32,000 nucleotides of DNA, from the NCBI GenBank assembly GCA_026387835.1, contig JAPLKZ010000010.1:206379-238378 (forward strand). Direction: 5' to 3'. Shown here piece by piece: positions 9,976 through 19,138 of this stretch. Under the pieces are notes generated by a model. It saw only the letters and a program-made list of their open reading frames with translations. It had not been told where the DNA came from and ran no database searches. The position numbers and the translations under genes were made by a program. Source of the stretch: Candidatus Saganbacteria bacterium. Lineage in GTDB: Bacteria; Margulisbacteria; WOR-1; JAKLHX01. Every line of letters starts with the position of its first letter. Positions within the stretch are counted from its first letter, which is position 1.

Positions 9976-10277
9976 ACACCTCTGACCGGTCCGGCCTCAC
10001 GCTCATCGAGATATTGACCGCGAGCTTCATATTCATCCTGTTTTTGTCCTGTTTTCTTGTGCTTTTCAAGTCCCTGTCCCGCGGATTTTTACATATTTCT
10101 TGTGATGACCGCAAGATACTTTCCGCGGCCGGCATCCTGGAATCTATGGAAGCAGCAGCCTTCGATGATATCAGAAGCTCTCCCGATATTGAAGTGTCCG
10201 ATATTTCATCCGACCTGAAAACAATGCGCGTAAGGCTTGGAAGGATAGAGCTTTTTACATTAAGGTCAAAATACTGA
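9972..10277 (+). CDS. Short prepilin-like protein (PilV/GspI-like position)
   Basis: SGLTLIEILTASFIFILFLSCFLVLF prepilin-like N-terminus; 4-nt overlap with previous gene. Confidence 0.7.
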   Translation: MNTSDRSGLTLIEILTASFIFILFLSCFLVLFKSLSRGFLHISCDDRKILSAAGILESMEAAAFDDIRSSPDIEVSDISSDLKTMRVRLGRIELFTLRSKY

Positions 10278-10720
10278 TGGCACGTGCTGACAAGGGCTTT
10301 ACATTGATAGAGCTGATCACCGCGGCTTCACTGTCGTTTGTGGTCGTTTCTTCGTTATTTTATTTCTTGCTGCCTCTTCTTGGCTGGCAGAGAAGCGCAC
10401 ACAATATGGAAAATGGCCTTCACAGCTGCCTGTCGGCAATACAAACGATGTCCGCCGAGATCAGGTCTTCAAAAGGAGTGAGCAGCCTTTCCACAAAAGA
10501 CAGGCTCATCATTACATTTGACACTTATACGATATCGTTTGACCTTGCCGCGGGAAAAGTGAGGAGGACAAAAGGAGCAACTTCTCAATACCTGACAGCG
10601 GACGGATCAATAACGGGGCTTCAGTTCTTTTATCCTGCACCTCACCGTGTCATCCTAAATTTGCAGCCATCTTTTTTACGTTATTCTCTGACCAGTGAAG
10701 CCTGTTGCAGAAATGAATAA
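10277..10720 (+). CDS. Prepilin-like protein (PilW/GspJ-like)
   Basis: KGFTLIELITAASLSFVVVSSLFYFLL; stop/start overlap (TGATG) with upstream ORF. Confidence 0.75.
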   Translation: MARADKGFTLIELITAASLSFVVVSSLFYFLLPLLGWQRSAHNMENGLHSCLSAIQTMSAEIRSSKGVSSLSTKDRLIITFDTYTISFDLAAGKVRRTKGATSQYLTADGSITGLQFFYPAPHRVILNLQPSFLRYSLTSEACCRNE

Positions 10721-11153
10721 TATAAATAACAAAAAAGGGTATATTCTTCCCGTTTCAATATTTATGATCTTCCTGCTGCTCTCCGTAGGAGTGTCTGCTG
10801 CCGGACTCCTGGTCACCGCAAATAACATTAAGTCTGACTTCCTGCGCGGAACAAAAGTATTCTATCTTTCCGAAGCCGGCATCGAAACCGCAAAATCGAG
10901 GATCGCTTCAAGCGAAGGATGGGCAACGGACGAGCCTCACGCTGAAAACGATAAAAAATGGCTGCTGGCTTCTTCAAAAGGAGAGATTTCGCTTTTTGGC
11001 GAAGGCGGGTTCAAGATCGTGAAGGAGAAAAACAAAAACGTCATCTATTCTGTCGGATTTATCGGAAGCGATATCTTAAAGAGCCGATATTATTCTTTTC
11101 AAAGGCTGGATTATGAATTGCCGTTCAAACAAAAACATTGGGAGGAATTGTAG
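10713..11153 (+). CDS. PilX/GspK-like membrane-anchored pilin-associated protein (start ATG 10713)
   Basis: NKKGYILPVSIFMIFLLLSVGVSAAGLLVTANN...RGTKVFYLSEAGIETAKSRI, typical PilX-type N-terminus (FYLSEAGIE). Confidence 0.75.
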   Translation: MNNINNKKGYILPVSIFMIFLLLSVGVSAAGLLVTANNIKSDFLRGTKVFYLSEAGIETAKSRIASSEGWATDEPHAENDKKWLLASSKGEISLFGEGGFKIVKEKNKNVIYSVGFIGSDILKSRYYSFQRLDYELPFKQKHWEEL

Positions 11154-11186
11154 TAGTTGGCGGGTTTGAAATCCGCCCCTTCAAGA

Positions 11187-12212
11187 TCATACATTGAATC
11201 TGAAGTTTAAAATGTCCCCATCCTCGACTGTATAATCCCTGCCCTTCAGGTAAAATTTTCCTGCCTCTTTGAGCTTTGCTTCCGAACCCGCGGTGATAAA
11301 ATCAGTGTATTTCATCATCTCTGCGCGGACAAATCCCTTTTCTATATCTGAATGGATGGTTCTTCCGGCTTCGGGCGCGCTGGAACCTGATTTTACCGGC
11401 CATGCCCTGACTTCGTCTTCGCCTACAGTAAAAAACGAGATCAGCCCGAGACCAGAATAGACCGTCCTTGTCATTTTATCGACAGCCGGCTCTTCGATCC
11501 CGAGTTCTTTCATGAACTCTTGTCTGTCTGATTCTTTCAGCCTCCCGATTTCCTCTTCAAGTTCGGCACACAGGAACACGGAAAACATTGAATATTTCTC
11601 TGTCAGGGTCTTCTCGAGCCCCTCATCCTTTTTCTGCCCCTCTTCCAAATTGACGGCGCAGATGACCGGCTTAATTGTGAGGAACTGATAGATCGACAGA
11701 AGGATGTTTTCATCTTTGTTGGCAGTTATTCCTCTTAGCGGCTTGCCCTCATCTGTCAGGTGCTTGCATCTTAAAAGAAGATTTTTCTCTTTCTCTTTTT
11801 CTTCGGAAAATTTCTTTTTCTGTTCCTTTTCGATCGCTTCAAGCCTTTTTTCTATCAGGACCATGTCTGAAATCACAAGTTCGGAGACAAAATGGTCTAT
11901 ATCCTCTTTTGCGGTCGATGCTTTCTGGACCCAGCATATCTCGTCAGCATTTTTCAATTCGTTGAGCACCAGTATCTTCGCCGGGCCCTGGAGATTGAAA
12001 TCGGGGAGAAGGCTGTATTCGATCTTTGCGAATGTTGTTTTTTTGGGGGTATACATCTTTGAAAGGACCGTAATGCGGGGGTCTTTGACCTCGCAGATGC
12101 CTTTTTGGACCTCAAGCGGCTTTAAATCGACGGTCTCAAGAGGAATGCCTGTCAGGACACTGAACAATTGCCTCTGCCCAGAAAATGGAAGTCCGGTTAT
12201 GACCGCTTTCAT
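11187..12212 (-). CDS. YchF-family (Obg-related) protein with degenerate nucleotide-binding motifs
   Basis: C-terminus GLISFFTVGEDEVRAWPVKSGSSAPEAGRTIHSDIEKGFVRAEMMKYTDF...GKFYLKGRDYTVEDGDILNFRFNV is clearly YchF TGS-like; N-terminus aligns by position but P-loop is GLPFSGQRQLF. Confidence 0.85.
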   Translation of the reverse strand: MKAVITGLPFSGQRQLFSVLTGIPLETVDLKPLEVQKGICEVKDPRITVLSKMYTPKKTTFAKIEYSLLPDFNLQGPAKILVLNELKNADEICWVQKASTAKEDIDHFVSELVISDMVLIEKRLEAIEKEQKKKFSEEKEKEKNLLLRCKHLTDEGKPLRGITANKDENILLSIYQFLTIKPVICAVNLEEGQKKDEGLEKTLTEKYSMFSVFLCAELEEEIGRLKESDRQEFMKELGIEEPAVDKMTRTVYSGLGLISFFTVGEDEVRAWPVKSGSSAPEAGRTIHSDIEKGFVRAEMMKYTDFITAGSEAKLKEAGKFYLKGRDYTVEDGDILNFRFNV

Positions 12213-12250
12213 GTTTTCATTCTAACATCTGCGCAGGGCGTATTGTTCTC

Positions 12251-13366
12251 CTATGGTTTTGGGGATATCCATTCTCTTATCCCGTCCCATGTTGCCAGAT
12301 TGACGTCTTCCGGCATAATTGTCGAAACATTCACGCTTTTTGTTACGACCGGCTTCACTCTTGCTCCGGGCAAAAGCCAGCTTTTCTTCCATGTCTCATC
12401 CGGATACATGACCGTCGCAGGTATATCTAATGCCTGTGCAACATGAGCAGCGCCATTTTCCGTTGTCACAAGCCAGGAACATCTTTCTACCGCCGCTGCC
12501 AGCCTGTCCGGGGTCGGCGTACCCATGCCAATAAATCTTTGACCGAAATCTTTTGTGTATTCCGTCAACAACCGCCAGATCTCTTCCTCTGTTTCACCAA
12601 CGAGCGCCATATACTTTACCGGTCTTCCTGCAACAAGCCCATTTCCTTCTCGATTTAATAACGATTCAAATTGTTTTATAATTTCCGCATATTTTTTGAT
12701 CGGCCATACATTGTTCATTCCGCCGATATTAATGCCGAGTATAAAATCGTTTTTGCTAAAGCCGTTTAATTCTAAAGAATTTGAAATGGCTTGCCGGTCT
12801 TTATCCGTCGACCAGACTTCCGGCTTATGATCGGCTCCTGTTATTCCGAATGGCTCTAGATACCTAAGGTAGTGGAGACCTGCATATTCGCCAAAATACG
12901 GCATCCCGCCGGAGGACTTGATCGTAGCATCGAACAGATAAGGCTGCCCTTCTAAAGGAGGGTGATCCCGCAACTTCCGGGAGATAACATGTTGGGAATA
13001 GTAATAGCCTATGTTATGGTCAAAATATACCGCATGATTGACCGCAAGGTCGCAAAGCCAGTTCTCCGACAGCAGCGTTACGATTGCCGTGTCATACATT
13101 TCACTTCTGATGTCCATTTCTGTTTTGGCATCGAACATTGAACTTGTCTTGACATCTTCCGGTAATACCGTATGGACTTTTACCCCGAAAGGATTATGCT
13201 GATAAAAAGTCGCTTCTTCCTCTCTCACGACAACTCCAATCCTGCTGTCTGGGAAATTTTTCCTGAGCGCCCTTAAAACGGGATTAAAACAGATCCTGCC
13301 GCCGAGTGACGGCACCTTCAGGAAAACGAGTGTGTTCGGGGAATATTTTAGGATACCTGCCGGCAT
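12251..13366 (-). CDS. Glycosyltransferase family 9 (ADP-heptosyltransferase-like)
   Basis: VFLKVPSLGGRICFNPVLRALRKNFPDSRIGVVV N-terminus, LGINIGG, CSWLVTTENGAAHVAQALDIPATVMY motif as in GT9 proteins. Confidence 0.75.
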   Translation of the reverse strand: MPAGILKYSPNTLVFLKVPSLGGRICFNPVLRALRKNFPDSRIGVVVREEEATFYQHNPFGVKVHTVLPEDVKTSSMFDAKTEMDIRSEMYDTAIVTLLSENWLCDLAVNHAVYFDHNIGYYYSQHVISRKLRDHPPLEGQPYLFDATIKSSGGMPYFGEYAGLHYLRYLEPFGITGADHKPEVWSTDKDRQAISNSLELNGFSKNDFILGINIGGMNNVWPIKKYAEIIKQFESLLNREGNGLVAGRPVKYMALVGETEEEIWRLLTEYTKDFGQRFIGMGTPTPDRLAAAVERCSWLVTTENGAAHVAQALDIPATVMYPDETWKKSWLLPGARVKPVVTKSVNVSTIMPEDVNLATWDGIREWISPKP

Positions 13367-13407
13367 AAATACCTCTGTTTATATATCGTAAGATCCGGGC
13401 AGGGATT

Positions 13408-14127
13408 TCAGGCGGAATAAGGTGTTTCAAAAACTCCGGATATTTTCTGCGGAGCTAGCATTTCATCCGTAGTGCCATCACCGGCTATCGAACCGTTCTT
13501 TAGAAAGATTATCCTGGTGCAGTATTTTTTTGCAAGACCGATATCGTGAAAGACCGCGATCACTGTCTTGTCTTTTAATCTTTTTAACAGTTCCAGTATC
13601 TCGATCTGGTATCTGATGTCCAGATGCGCGGTGGGTTCGTCCAGAAGCAATATCTTAGCACCCTGCGCTAGGCTTCTTGCGATGATGACCCTCTGATACT
13701 CGCCTCCGCTCAGGGCGGTTACATCCCTGTCCTTCATTTCAAGAAGGCCTGTCATTATTTCCGCTTCTCTTATCGCGTCAAAATCATTCTGCTTATAAGA
13801 GGAGAACGCATCGACATGTGGCATCCTGCCCATCGAGATGATCTCTTCGACGGTGAAACCAGATGCCGGCTCCGACAGCTGCGGCACGTAAGAGATGTCC
13901 TTTGCGATCTCTTTTCTGTTCATCTGCCTTATGTCCCTGCCTGATATCGATATCTCGCCGTCCAGGACGGGAATAGTTCTTATCAAAGCCCTGAGCAACG
14001 TCGTCTTGCCGGAACCGTTAGGTCCAAGGATGCCGACGAACTCCCCTTCCCCGGCAGAAAAAGAAATGCCCTCCAATGCTTTTTTTGATCTGTATCCGCA
14101 AGAAATATTTTTTACTTCGAGCTTCAT
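13408..14127 (-). CDS. ABC transporter ATP-binding protein, FecE/BtuD type (start at 14127)
   Basis: GILGPNGSGKTTLLRAL, LSGGEYQRVIIARSLAQGAKILLLDEPTAHLD. MKLEVKNISCG start overlaps the permease stop (TGATG). Confidence 0.92.
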   Translation of the reverse strand: MKLEVKNISCGYRSKKALEGISFSAGEGEFVGILGPNGSGKTTLLRALIRTIPVLDGEISISGRDIRQMNRKEIAKDISYVPQLSEPASGFTVEEIISMGRMPHVDAFSSYKQNDFDAIREAEIMTGLLEMKDRDVTALSGGEYQRVIIARSLAQGAKILLLDEPTAHLDIRYQIEILELLKRLKDKTVIAVFHDIGLAKKYCTRIIFLKNGSIAGDGTTDEMLAPQKISGVFETPYSA

Positions 14128-15071
14128 CAGCTTCTCCTCAACAAATAAATGAAGAATGGTGCCCCAAGCATCGCGCATACTATACCTACCGGAATTTCAG
14201 AGGGTATCATTATCACTCTCGAGATGATATCGGCGAGCACCATAAGGACGGCGCCGGCCAGGGCGCTAGCCGGTATCAGATAAGAATTGTTGGAACCAGA
14301 GATAAGCCTCATCATATGCGGCACGATCAATCCGATAAAACCTATCATTCCGCAAAGGGATACGGCCACTCCGGTCATCAGTGACGCGATTATCAAAAGG
14401 ATGTTCCTCGACCGCATCACGTCCACCCCGAGAGAAAGGGCTTCCTCGTCTCCGAGCGCAAGCGCGTTCAGGTCCCTGGAATAGATCATGGCGGCGATGA
14501 TCCCCGCCAAAGCCGCATAAAATGCCAGATGGACAGAGGCCCAGTTAGCCGCGGAAAAACTTCCCAGGATCCAGAAAAAGATCGACTGCAGTCTGTCGGA
14601 AAAGATCACCATAAATGATAATATTGCCGACAAAAGCGAAGACACCGCGACGCCGGCTAATATCAGTGTCTGGGGTTTTATCTCGCCCGCGACTTTTGAC
14701 GCGTGATAGATTATAAATACGCCGGCCACCGCGCCCAGGAAAGCGAACGCGGACACATAGTACAACGGCAGCAGCAGTATTATCGCCGCGGCAGCGGCGA
14801 CGCTTCCGCCGGCCGATATTCCCAGGATATACGGGTCGCACAGAGGATTTTTCAGGGAAGACTGAAGTATAGCGCCGGAAACCGCCAGCATCGCGCCCAC
14901 AAGGGCCGCCAGGATGACCCGCGGCAATCTTATCTGCCACAGTATGAACGAGAACGGGGCTTTCATGTCAAAAGGATTTATTCCGACCGCCCCTACAAGC
15001 ACTCCGAGGACGATGACCGCGCAAAGCGCCGCGGTCAGGAACAGCATCAACATATAATACTTTTGTTTCAT
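14127..15071 (-). CDS. FecCD/BtuC-family ABC transporter permease
   Basis: RLPRVILAALVGAMLAVSGAILQSSLKNPLCDPYILGISAGGSVAA and GFIGLIVPHMMRLISG are family-diagnostic. Confidence 0.93.
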   Translation of the reverse strand: MKQKYYMLMLFLTAALCAVIVLGVLVGAVGINPFDMKAPFSFILWQIRLPRVILAALVGAMLAVSGAILQSSLKNPLCDPYILGISAGGSVAAAAAIILLLPLYYVSAFAFLGAVAGVFIIYHASKVAGEIKPQTLILAGVAVSSLLSAILSFMVIFSDRLQSIFFWILGSFSAANWASVHLAFYAALAGIIAAMIYSRDLNALALGDEEALSLGVDVMRSRNILLIIASLMTGVAVSLCGMIGFIGLIVPHMMRLISGSNNSYLIPASALAGAVLMVLADIISRVIMIPSEIPVGIVCAMLGAPFFIYLLRRS

Positions 15072-15982
15072 TTCTGTTCCCGCTTCTGTATAAAAGAAGT
15101 GATAAGGTCAAGCGCTGTCATCAGCCTCGGGGACGGCCTTGTTATTATGTCGGAATCTATCAAAAGCATGTTGTTCTCTTTCACGGCTTTGATGATCCTC
15201 CATTTTGGGCTGGTCTTTAGTCTTGTTATTTCGTCTTTTGCTTTGCCGGCAATAATAAGAAAATCGGGGTCCTGTTCGATCAATTCTTCAAAGTTCATTA
15301 TGGGGTATTTAACGCCCATTTGAGAGGCGATGTTCACTCCTCCGGCAAGAGTTATCAGGTCGTCTATAAAGGTGCCGTTGCCGGCAGTTATCAGCGGATT
15401 ATGCCAGAGCATGACAAAGACCTTCGGCTTGACGCGCGATCTGTTTTGAGTTGATATTTTATATATCTCGTTCTGCATCTTTTTTGAAAGGTCGCGCGCT
15501 TCTTTTTTGTTCCCGGTCGCCTGCCCTAAAATGTTTATCGAGTAGATCAGGCCGGGCAGGGTCTGCGGGTTTATTACGAACACGGGAAGATGCATCCGCC
15601 TGAGCCTTTCAACATCGTTTTTTTGCGCGTCACCCAGCATCACTATGAGGTCCGGGTTCAGGGAGATTATCTGTTCGATGTTCAGGTCCGCGCCGCCTAT
15701 CTTTTTGATCTTTCTCGCCTCGGGCGGGTAGTTGCATTGTGATGTCACGCCGATGATCCTGTCCTTCAGCCCCAGTGCAAAGAGGATCTCCGTATTGCTG
15801 GGCATCGTGGAAATTATCCTTACAGGCCTGTGGACCGCGGTGTACGGCTCTCCGCTTTCATCGATCACGACCGCCGACCTGAACGGTTTTTCGAGTATTT
15901 TTTGGGGTTTCTCGACGGTTTTAGCTCCGCATCCGGAAAATACCGAAAGAATAAGAAGTGCCGATATTATTTTTGTTTTCAT
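15068..15982 (-). CDS. Substrate-binding lipoprotein of B12/iron-type ABC transporter (BtuF-like)
   Basis: Lipobox FSGC; RIISTMPSNTEILFALGLKDRIIGVTSQCNYPPEARKIKKIGG...SLNPDLIVM typical of BtuF/helical-backbone metal receptor family. Confidence 0.88.
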   Translation of the reverse strand: MKTKIISALLILSVFSGCGAKTVEKPQKILEKPFRSAVVIDESGEPYTAVHRPVRIISTMPSNTEILFALGLKDRIIGVTSQCNYPPEARKIKKIGGADLNIEQIISLNPDLIVMLGDAQKNDVERLRRMHLPVFVINPQTLPGLIYSINILGQATGNKKEARDLSKKMQNEIYKISTQNRSRVKPKVFVMLWHNPLITAGNGTFIDDLITLAGGVNIASQMGVKYPIMNFEELIEQDPDFLIIAGKAKDEITRLKTSPKWRIIKAVKENNMLLIDSDIITRPSPRLMTALDLITSFIQKREQK

Positions 15983-16011
15983 TTGCCGTAACTGATATTA
16001 TATCAGGGAAG

Positions 16012-18264
16012 CTAAAATTTCGGGTAGTCGGGTTTTGCTTCGGAGTCCACCATCCCCATAGAGATCAGGTCGGACATGCTTTTCAGTATCTTTCTCGGCC
16101 TGTTCTCGCCCTCCGGCTGTGATACCACGCCGGCATCCGTAAGCTCGTCCATCAGCCTTGCCGCCCTGTTGTATCCTATCCTCATCCTTCTCTGCAGGTG
16201 AGAGGTCGACCCCTGTCCGCTTTCGATTATTATCCGCGCCGCTTCGGCGAACAGTTCATCCCTTTCGGCTGCCCCCGCCTGGCCGGAAGATCTTTCACCG
16301 TTAAATTTTAAGTTCAATATCTCTTCGGAATATTCCGGAGACGCCTGATCCCTGACAAAACTGACGATGCGCTCGATCTCGTCATCGCTTACAAAAGAGC
16401 CCTGGACCCTTGTAGGCTTCATGGCGCCTATCGGCGAGTAGAGCATGTCGCCCCTGCCGAGAAGTTTTTCGGCGCCGCTCATGTCAAGTATCACGCGGGA
16501 ATCTATCTGCGTCGCTACCGCGAACGAGATCCTCGACGGTATGTTCGCCTTGATCAGGCCGGTTATGACATCAACGGACGGCCTTTGCGTTGCCACGACA
16601 AGGTGGATACCCGTAGCGCGGGCCATCTGCGCGATACGGCAGATCGTCGTCTCGACCTCAGATGCCGCGACCATCATCAGGTCCGCGAGCTCGTCTATTA
16701 TCACCACGATATAGGGGAGCCTTTCCGGGATGAATTCGTCCTCTTTTCCGCTCTCTTCGTATCTGTCAACTTTTTTATTGAACCCGTCGATGTTCCTCAC
16801 GCCGGCGTTGAAAAATTCCTTGTACCTCCGCTCCATCTCCCTCACGACCCACTCTTTAAGCGTGACGGCGGCTTTTTTCGGATCGGTGACGACCGGCGCC
16901 ATCAAGTGCGGGATGTTCGAGTAATTTGTCAGCTCGACCATCTTGGGGTCGATCATGATGAATTTTACTTCGTCGGGACGCGCGCGCAGAAGGATGCTTA
17001 CTATCAATGAATTGATCGCGACACTTTTCCCCGAACCGGTAGTGCCGGCGATCAGAAGATGCGGCATTTTTGAAAGGTCCCCGAATATCGGCGCTCCTGC
17101 GATGTCTTTGCCTATGCCTATCAATAGTTTTGAAGTGTTCTGCGCGAATTCATTTGTCCTTGCTATTTCCCCTAGATGCACGGGCGTTACGGTCATGTTC
17201 GGCACTTCGATCCCGACAACGGATTTGCCGAGTATCGGAGCTTCCATCCTCACCCCGCCGGAAGCGAGGTTTAGGGCGATATCATCCGCGAGATTCGCGA
17301 TCTTGCTTACCTTCACTCCGGGTTCCGGCTGGACCTCGAACCGCGTGACCGCCGGGCCTATACTGATGTTCATCACATTGGCGCCGACACCGAAGCTCCT
17401 GAGGACCCTTTCAAGGTCGGTCTTTCTCTGCTGCATAAGTTCCCTGAGCTTCTGGGCCCGCTGTTTTTCTTTTTCGGTCATCGTGTTCAAAAGCTCAAGG
17501 GAAGGAAGCTTGTAGGAATGCCTTTTATATTTTTTCACGGGCCGTTCCGCGGCCGTGCCGAGATCTATTTTTTCCTCCTGCCTTGGTTCGGCGCTGTCTT
17601 CTCTTGTCCTCATCTCTTTAATAAGCGGGAGCTGCGCCTGGATGGAGCTTTTATCCTCGCCGTAGGAAGCGTGATCTATTATGGGCACGTCCTGGTTCAC
17701 TCTTCTCGGCTTTTTCTTCATATCGTTTTTTTTGGATCTTATCATGTCTACAATATCAAGAAAGGCATCTATCGTGGTTATGTTGAATATGAGGACCAGG
17801 GATATTATCAACATCGCCGACAGAATGATGACCGTGCCTACCGAACCGAGGAGCCTTATGAAAACGTAATTAGTGAAATACCCCGCCCATCCACCGCCGC
17901 CGGCCACGATCTCGTGGACCTTTAGATAGTATTTAGGGAAAAAGAACTGCGAAGTGGTTATAAAAGTCATGAACAAAAGACAGAATCCCGTGATCCTCAC
18001 TTTCAGGGAGCGCGGCTCCTGCCTTGTCAGCATCACCGCTCCTATGAGCGTCAGAAAAAGCGGTAGGAATACTATGCCGAAACCGAAAGTCTTTTCGAGA
18101 AGCCATTTCACCAGATAGATCCCCAGCAGGCCCGTCCATTTAGGAGATGTCGTGGATGATACAGTGCAAAAGAGTATATAGATCGCGGACGCGATAAGGA
18201 GGATCCCGGCCGCTGTGTGGCGGTGCCCCTGGATCTCCCTATCTTCTGTCTTTTTGGCTGCCAA
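16012..18264 (-). CDS. ftsK: DNA translocase FtsK/SpoIIIE
   Basis: N-terminal TM segments, PHLLIAGTTGSGKSVAINSLI, IDPKMVELTNYSNIPHLMAPVVTD, C-terminal winged-helix gamma domain (TSHLQRRMRIGYNRAARLMDELTDAGVVS). Confidence 0.97.
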   Translation of the reverse strand: MAAKKTEDREIQGHRHTAAGILLIASAIYILFCTVSSTTSPKWTGLLGIYLVKWLLEKTFGFGIVFLPLFLTLIGAVMLTRQEPRSLKVRITGFCLLFMTFITTSQFFFPKYYLKVHEIVAGGGGWAGYFTNYVFIRLLGSVGTVIILSAMLIISLVLIFNITTIDAFLDIVDMIRSKKNDMKKKPRRVNQDVPIIDHASYGEDKSSIQAQLPLIKEMRTREDSAEPRQEEKIDLGTAAERPVKKYKRHSYKLPSLELLNTMTEKEKQRAQKLRELMQQRKTDLERVLRSFGVGANVMNISIGPAVTRFEVQPEPGVKVSKIANLADDIALNLASGGVRMEAPILGKSVVGIEVPNMTVTPVHLGEIARTNEFAQNTSKLLIGIGKDIAGAPIFGDLSKMPHLLIAGTTGSGKSVAINSLIVSILLRARPDEVKFIMIDPKMVELTNYSNIPHLMAPVVTDPKKAAVTLKEWVVREMERRYKEFFNAGVRNIDGFNKKVDRYEESGKEDEFIPERLPYIVVIIDELADLMMVAASEVETTICRIAQMARATGIHLVVATQRPSVDVITGLIKANIPSRISFAVATQIDSRVILDMSGAEKLLGRGDMLYSPIGAMKPTRVQGSFVSDDEIERIVSFVRDQASPEYSEEILNLKFNGERSSGQAGAAERDELFAEAARIIIESGQGSTSHLQRRMRIGYNRAARLMDELTDAGVVSQPEGENRPRKILKSMSDLISMGMVDSEAKPDYPKF

Positions 18265-19138
18265 ATCTTTTCTCCATCAGGACCAGGATAGGGCTCGCGA
18301 TGAATATCGAGGAATATGCTCCGAGCGTGAAGCCTATCAGAAGGGTAAGTGCAAAGTCCTTTATCGTGGTCCCGCCGAACACAAGGAGACAGACGTTCAT
18401 GAACAGCACGGTAAGCACCGTGTTGATCGACCTGGCCATGGTCTGGTTGATGCTCTCGTTCACGACGCCGACAAAATCCGTCCTGCCTTTTTTCGGCTTC
18501 AGCATGTTCTCTCTTATCCGGTCAAATATCACTATCGTATCGTTTATCGAATAACCGAGTATGGTGAGTATTGCCGCGATAAAAGGCGAATCGACCGTCC
18601 TGAACAGCAGAGCTATCAGCCCGATGGTTATAAAAGCATCGTGCCACAGAGCGATGGTCGCGGCCACGGCATATTTGAATTCGAACCTGAAAGAAACGTA
18701 TATCAGGATGCCGATCGTCGCAAGAAGCAGTGCCCAAAAAGCCTGGGTGCGGAGCTCATTCCCGATAACCGGGCCTATTGTATCGGCCTCAAGAAGTTCT
18801 ATCGGTCCGAACTCCTTCTGCAGTTCTTCGATCATTTTTGATCTGGTCTCGTTCTCAAGGGGTTCCGTTCTGACCGTAAGGTCGTTTTCGCCTGTCAGCT
18901 GGATCACGTTCTCCCTGAAATTGAAGGTCTCAAGGACCTTCCTCACATCACCCAGATGCCCTGCGATAGCCGCTTTTTGTTCAAACCTCAGGGTAAGGAT
19001 GGTCCCCCCGGTAAAATCTATGCCGAAGTTCATGGGCCTTCCCCTGAACATCATATTAGTGGCAATGCCGAAAACACCGAGCAGGATCAAAATTGCCGAA
19101 AGAGTGAACCAAAGTTTGGTCTTTTCAATTATCTTCAT
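18239..19138 (-). CDS. secF: Protein translocase subunit SecF
   Basis: GRPMNFGIDFTGGTILTLRF and GYSINDTIVIFDRIREN motifs. Confidence 0.96.
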   Translation of the reverse strand: MKIIEKTKLWFTLSAILILLGVFGIATNMMFRGRPMNFGIDFTGGTILTLRFEQKAAIAGHLGDVRKVLETFNFRENVIQLTGENDLTVRTEPLENETRSKMIEELQKEFGPIELLEADTIGPVIGNELRTQAFWALLLATIGILIYVSFRFEFKYAVAATIALWHDAFITIGLIALLFRTVDSPFIAAILTILGYSINDTIVIFDRIRENMLKPKKGRTDFVGVVNESINQTMARSINTVLTVLFMNVCLLVFGGTTIKDFALTLLIGFTLGAYSSIFIASPILVLMEKRFGSQKDRR

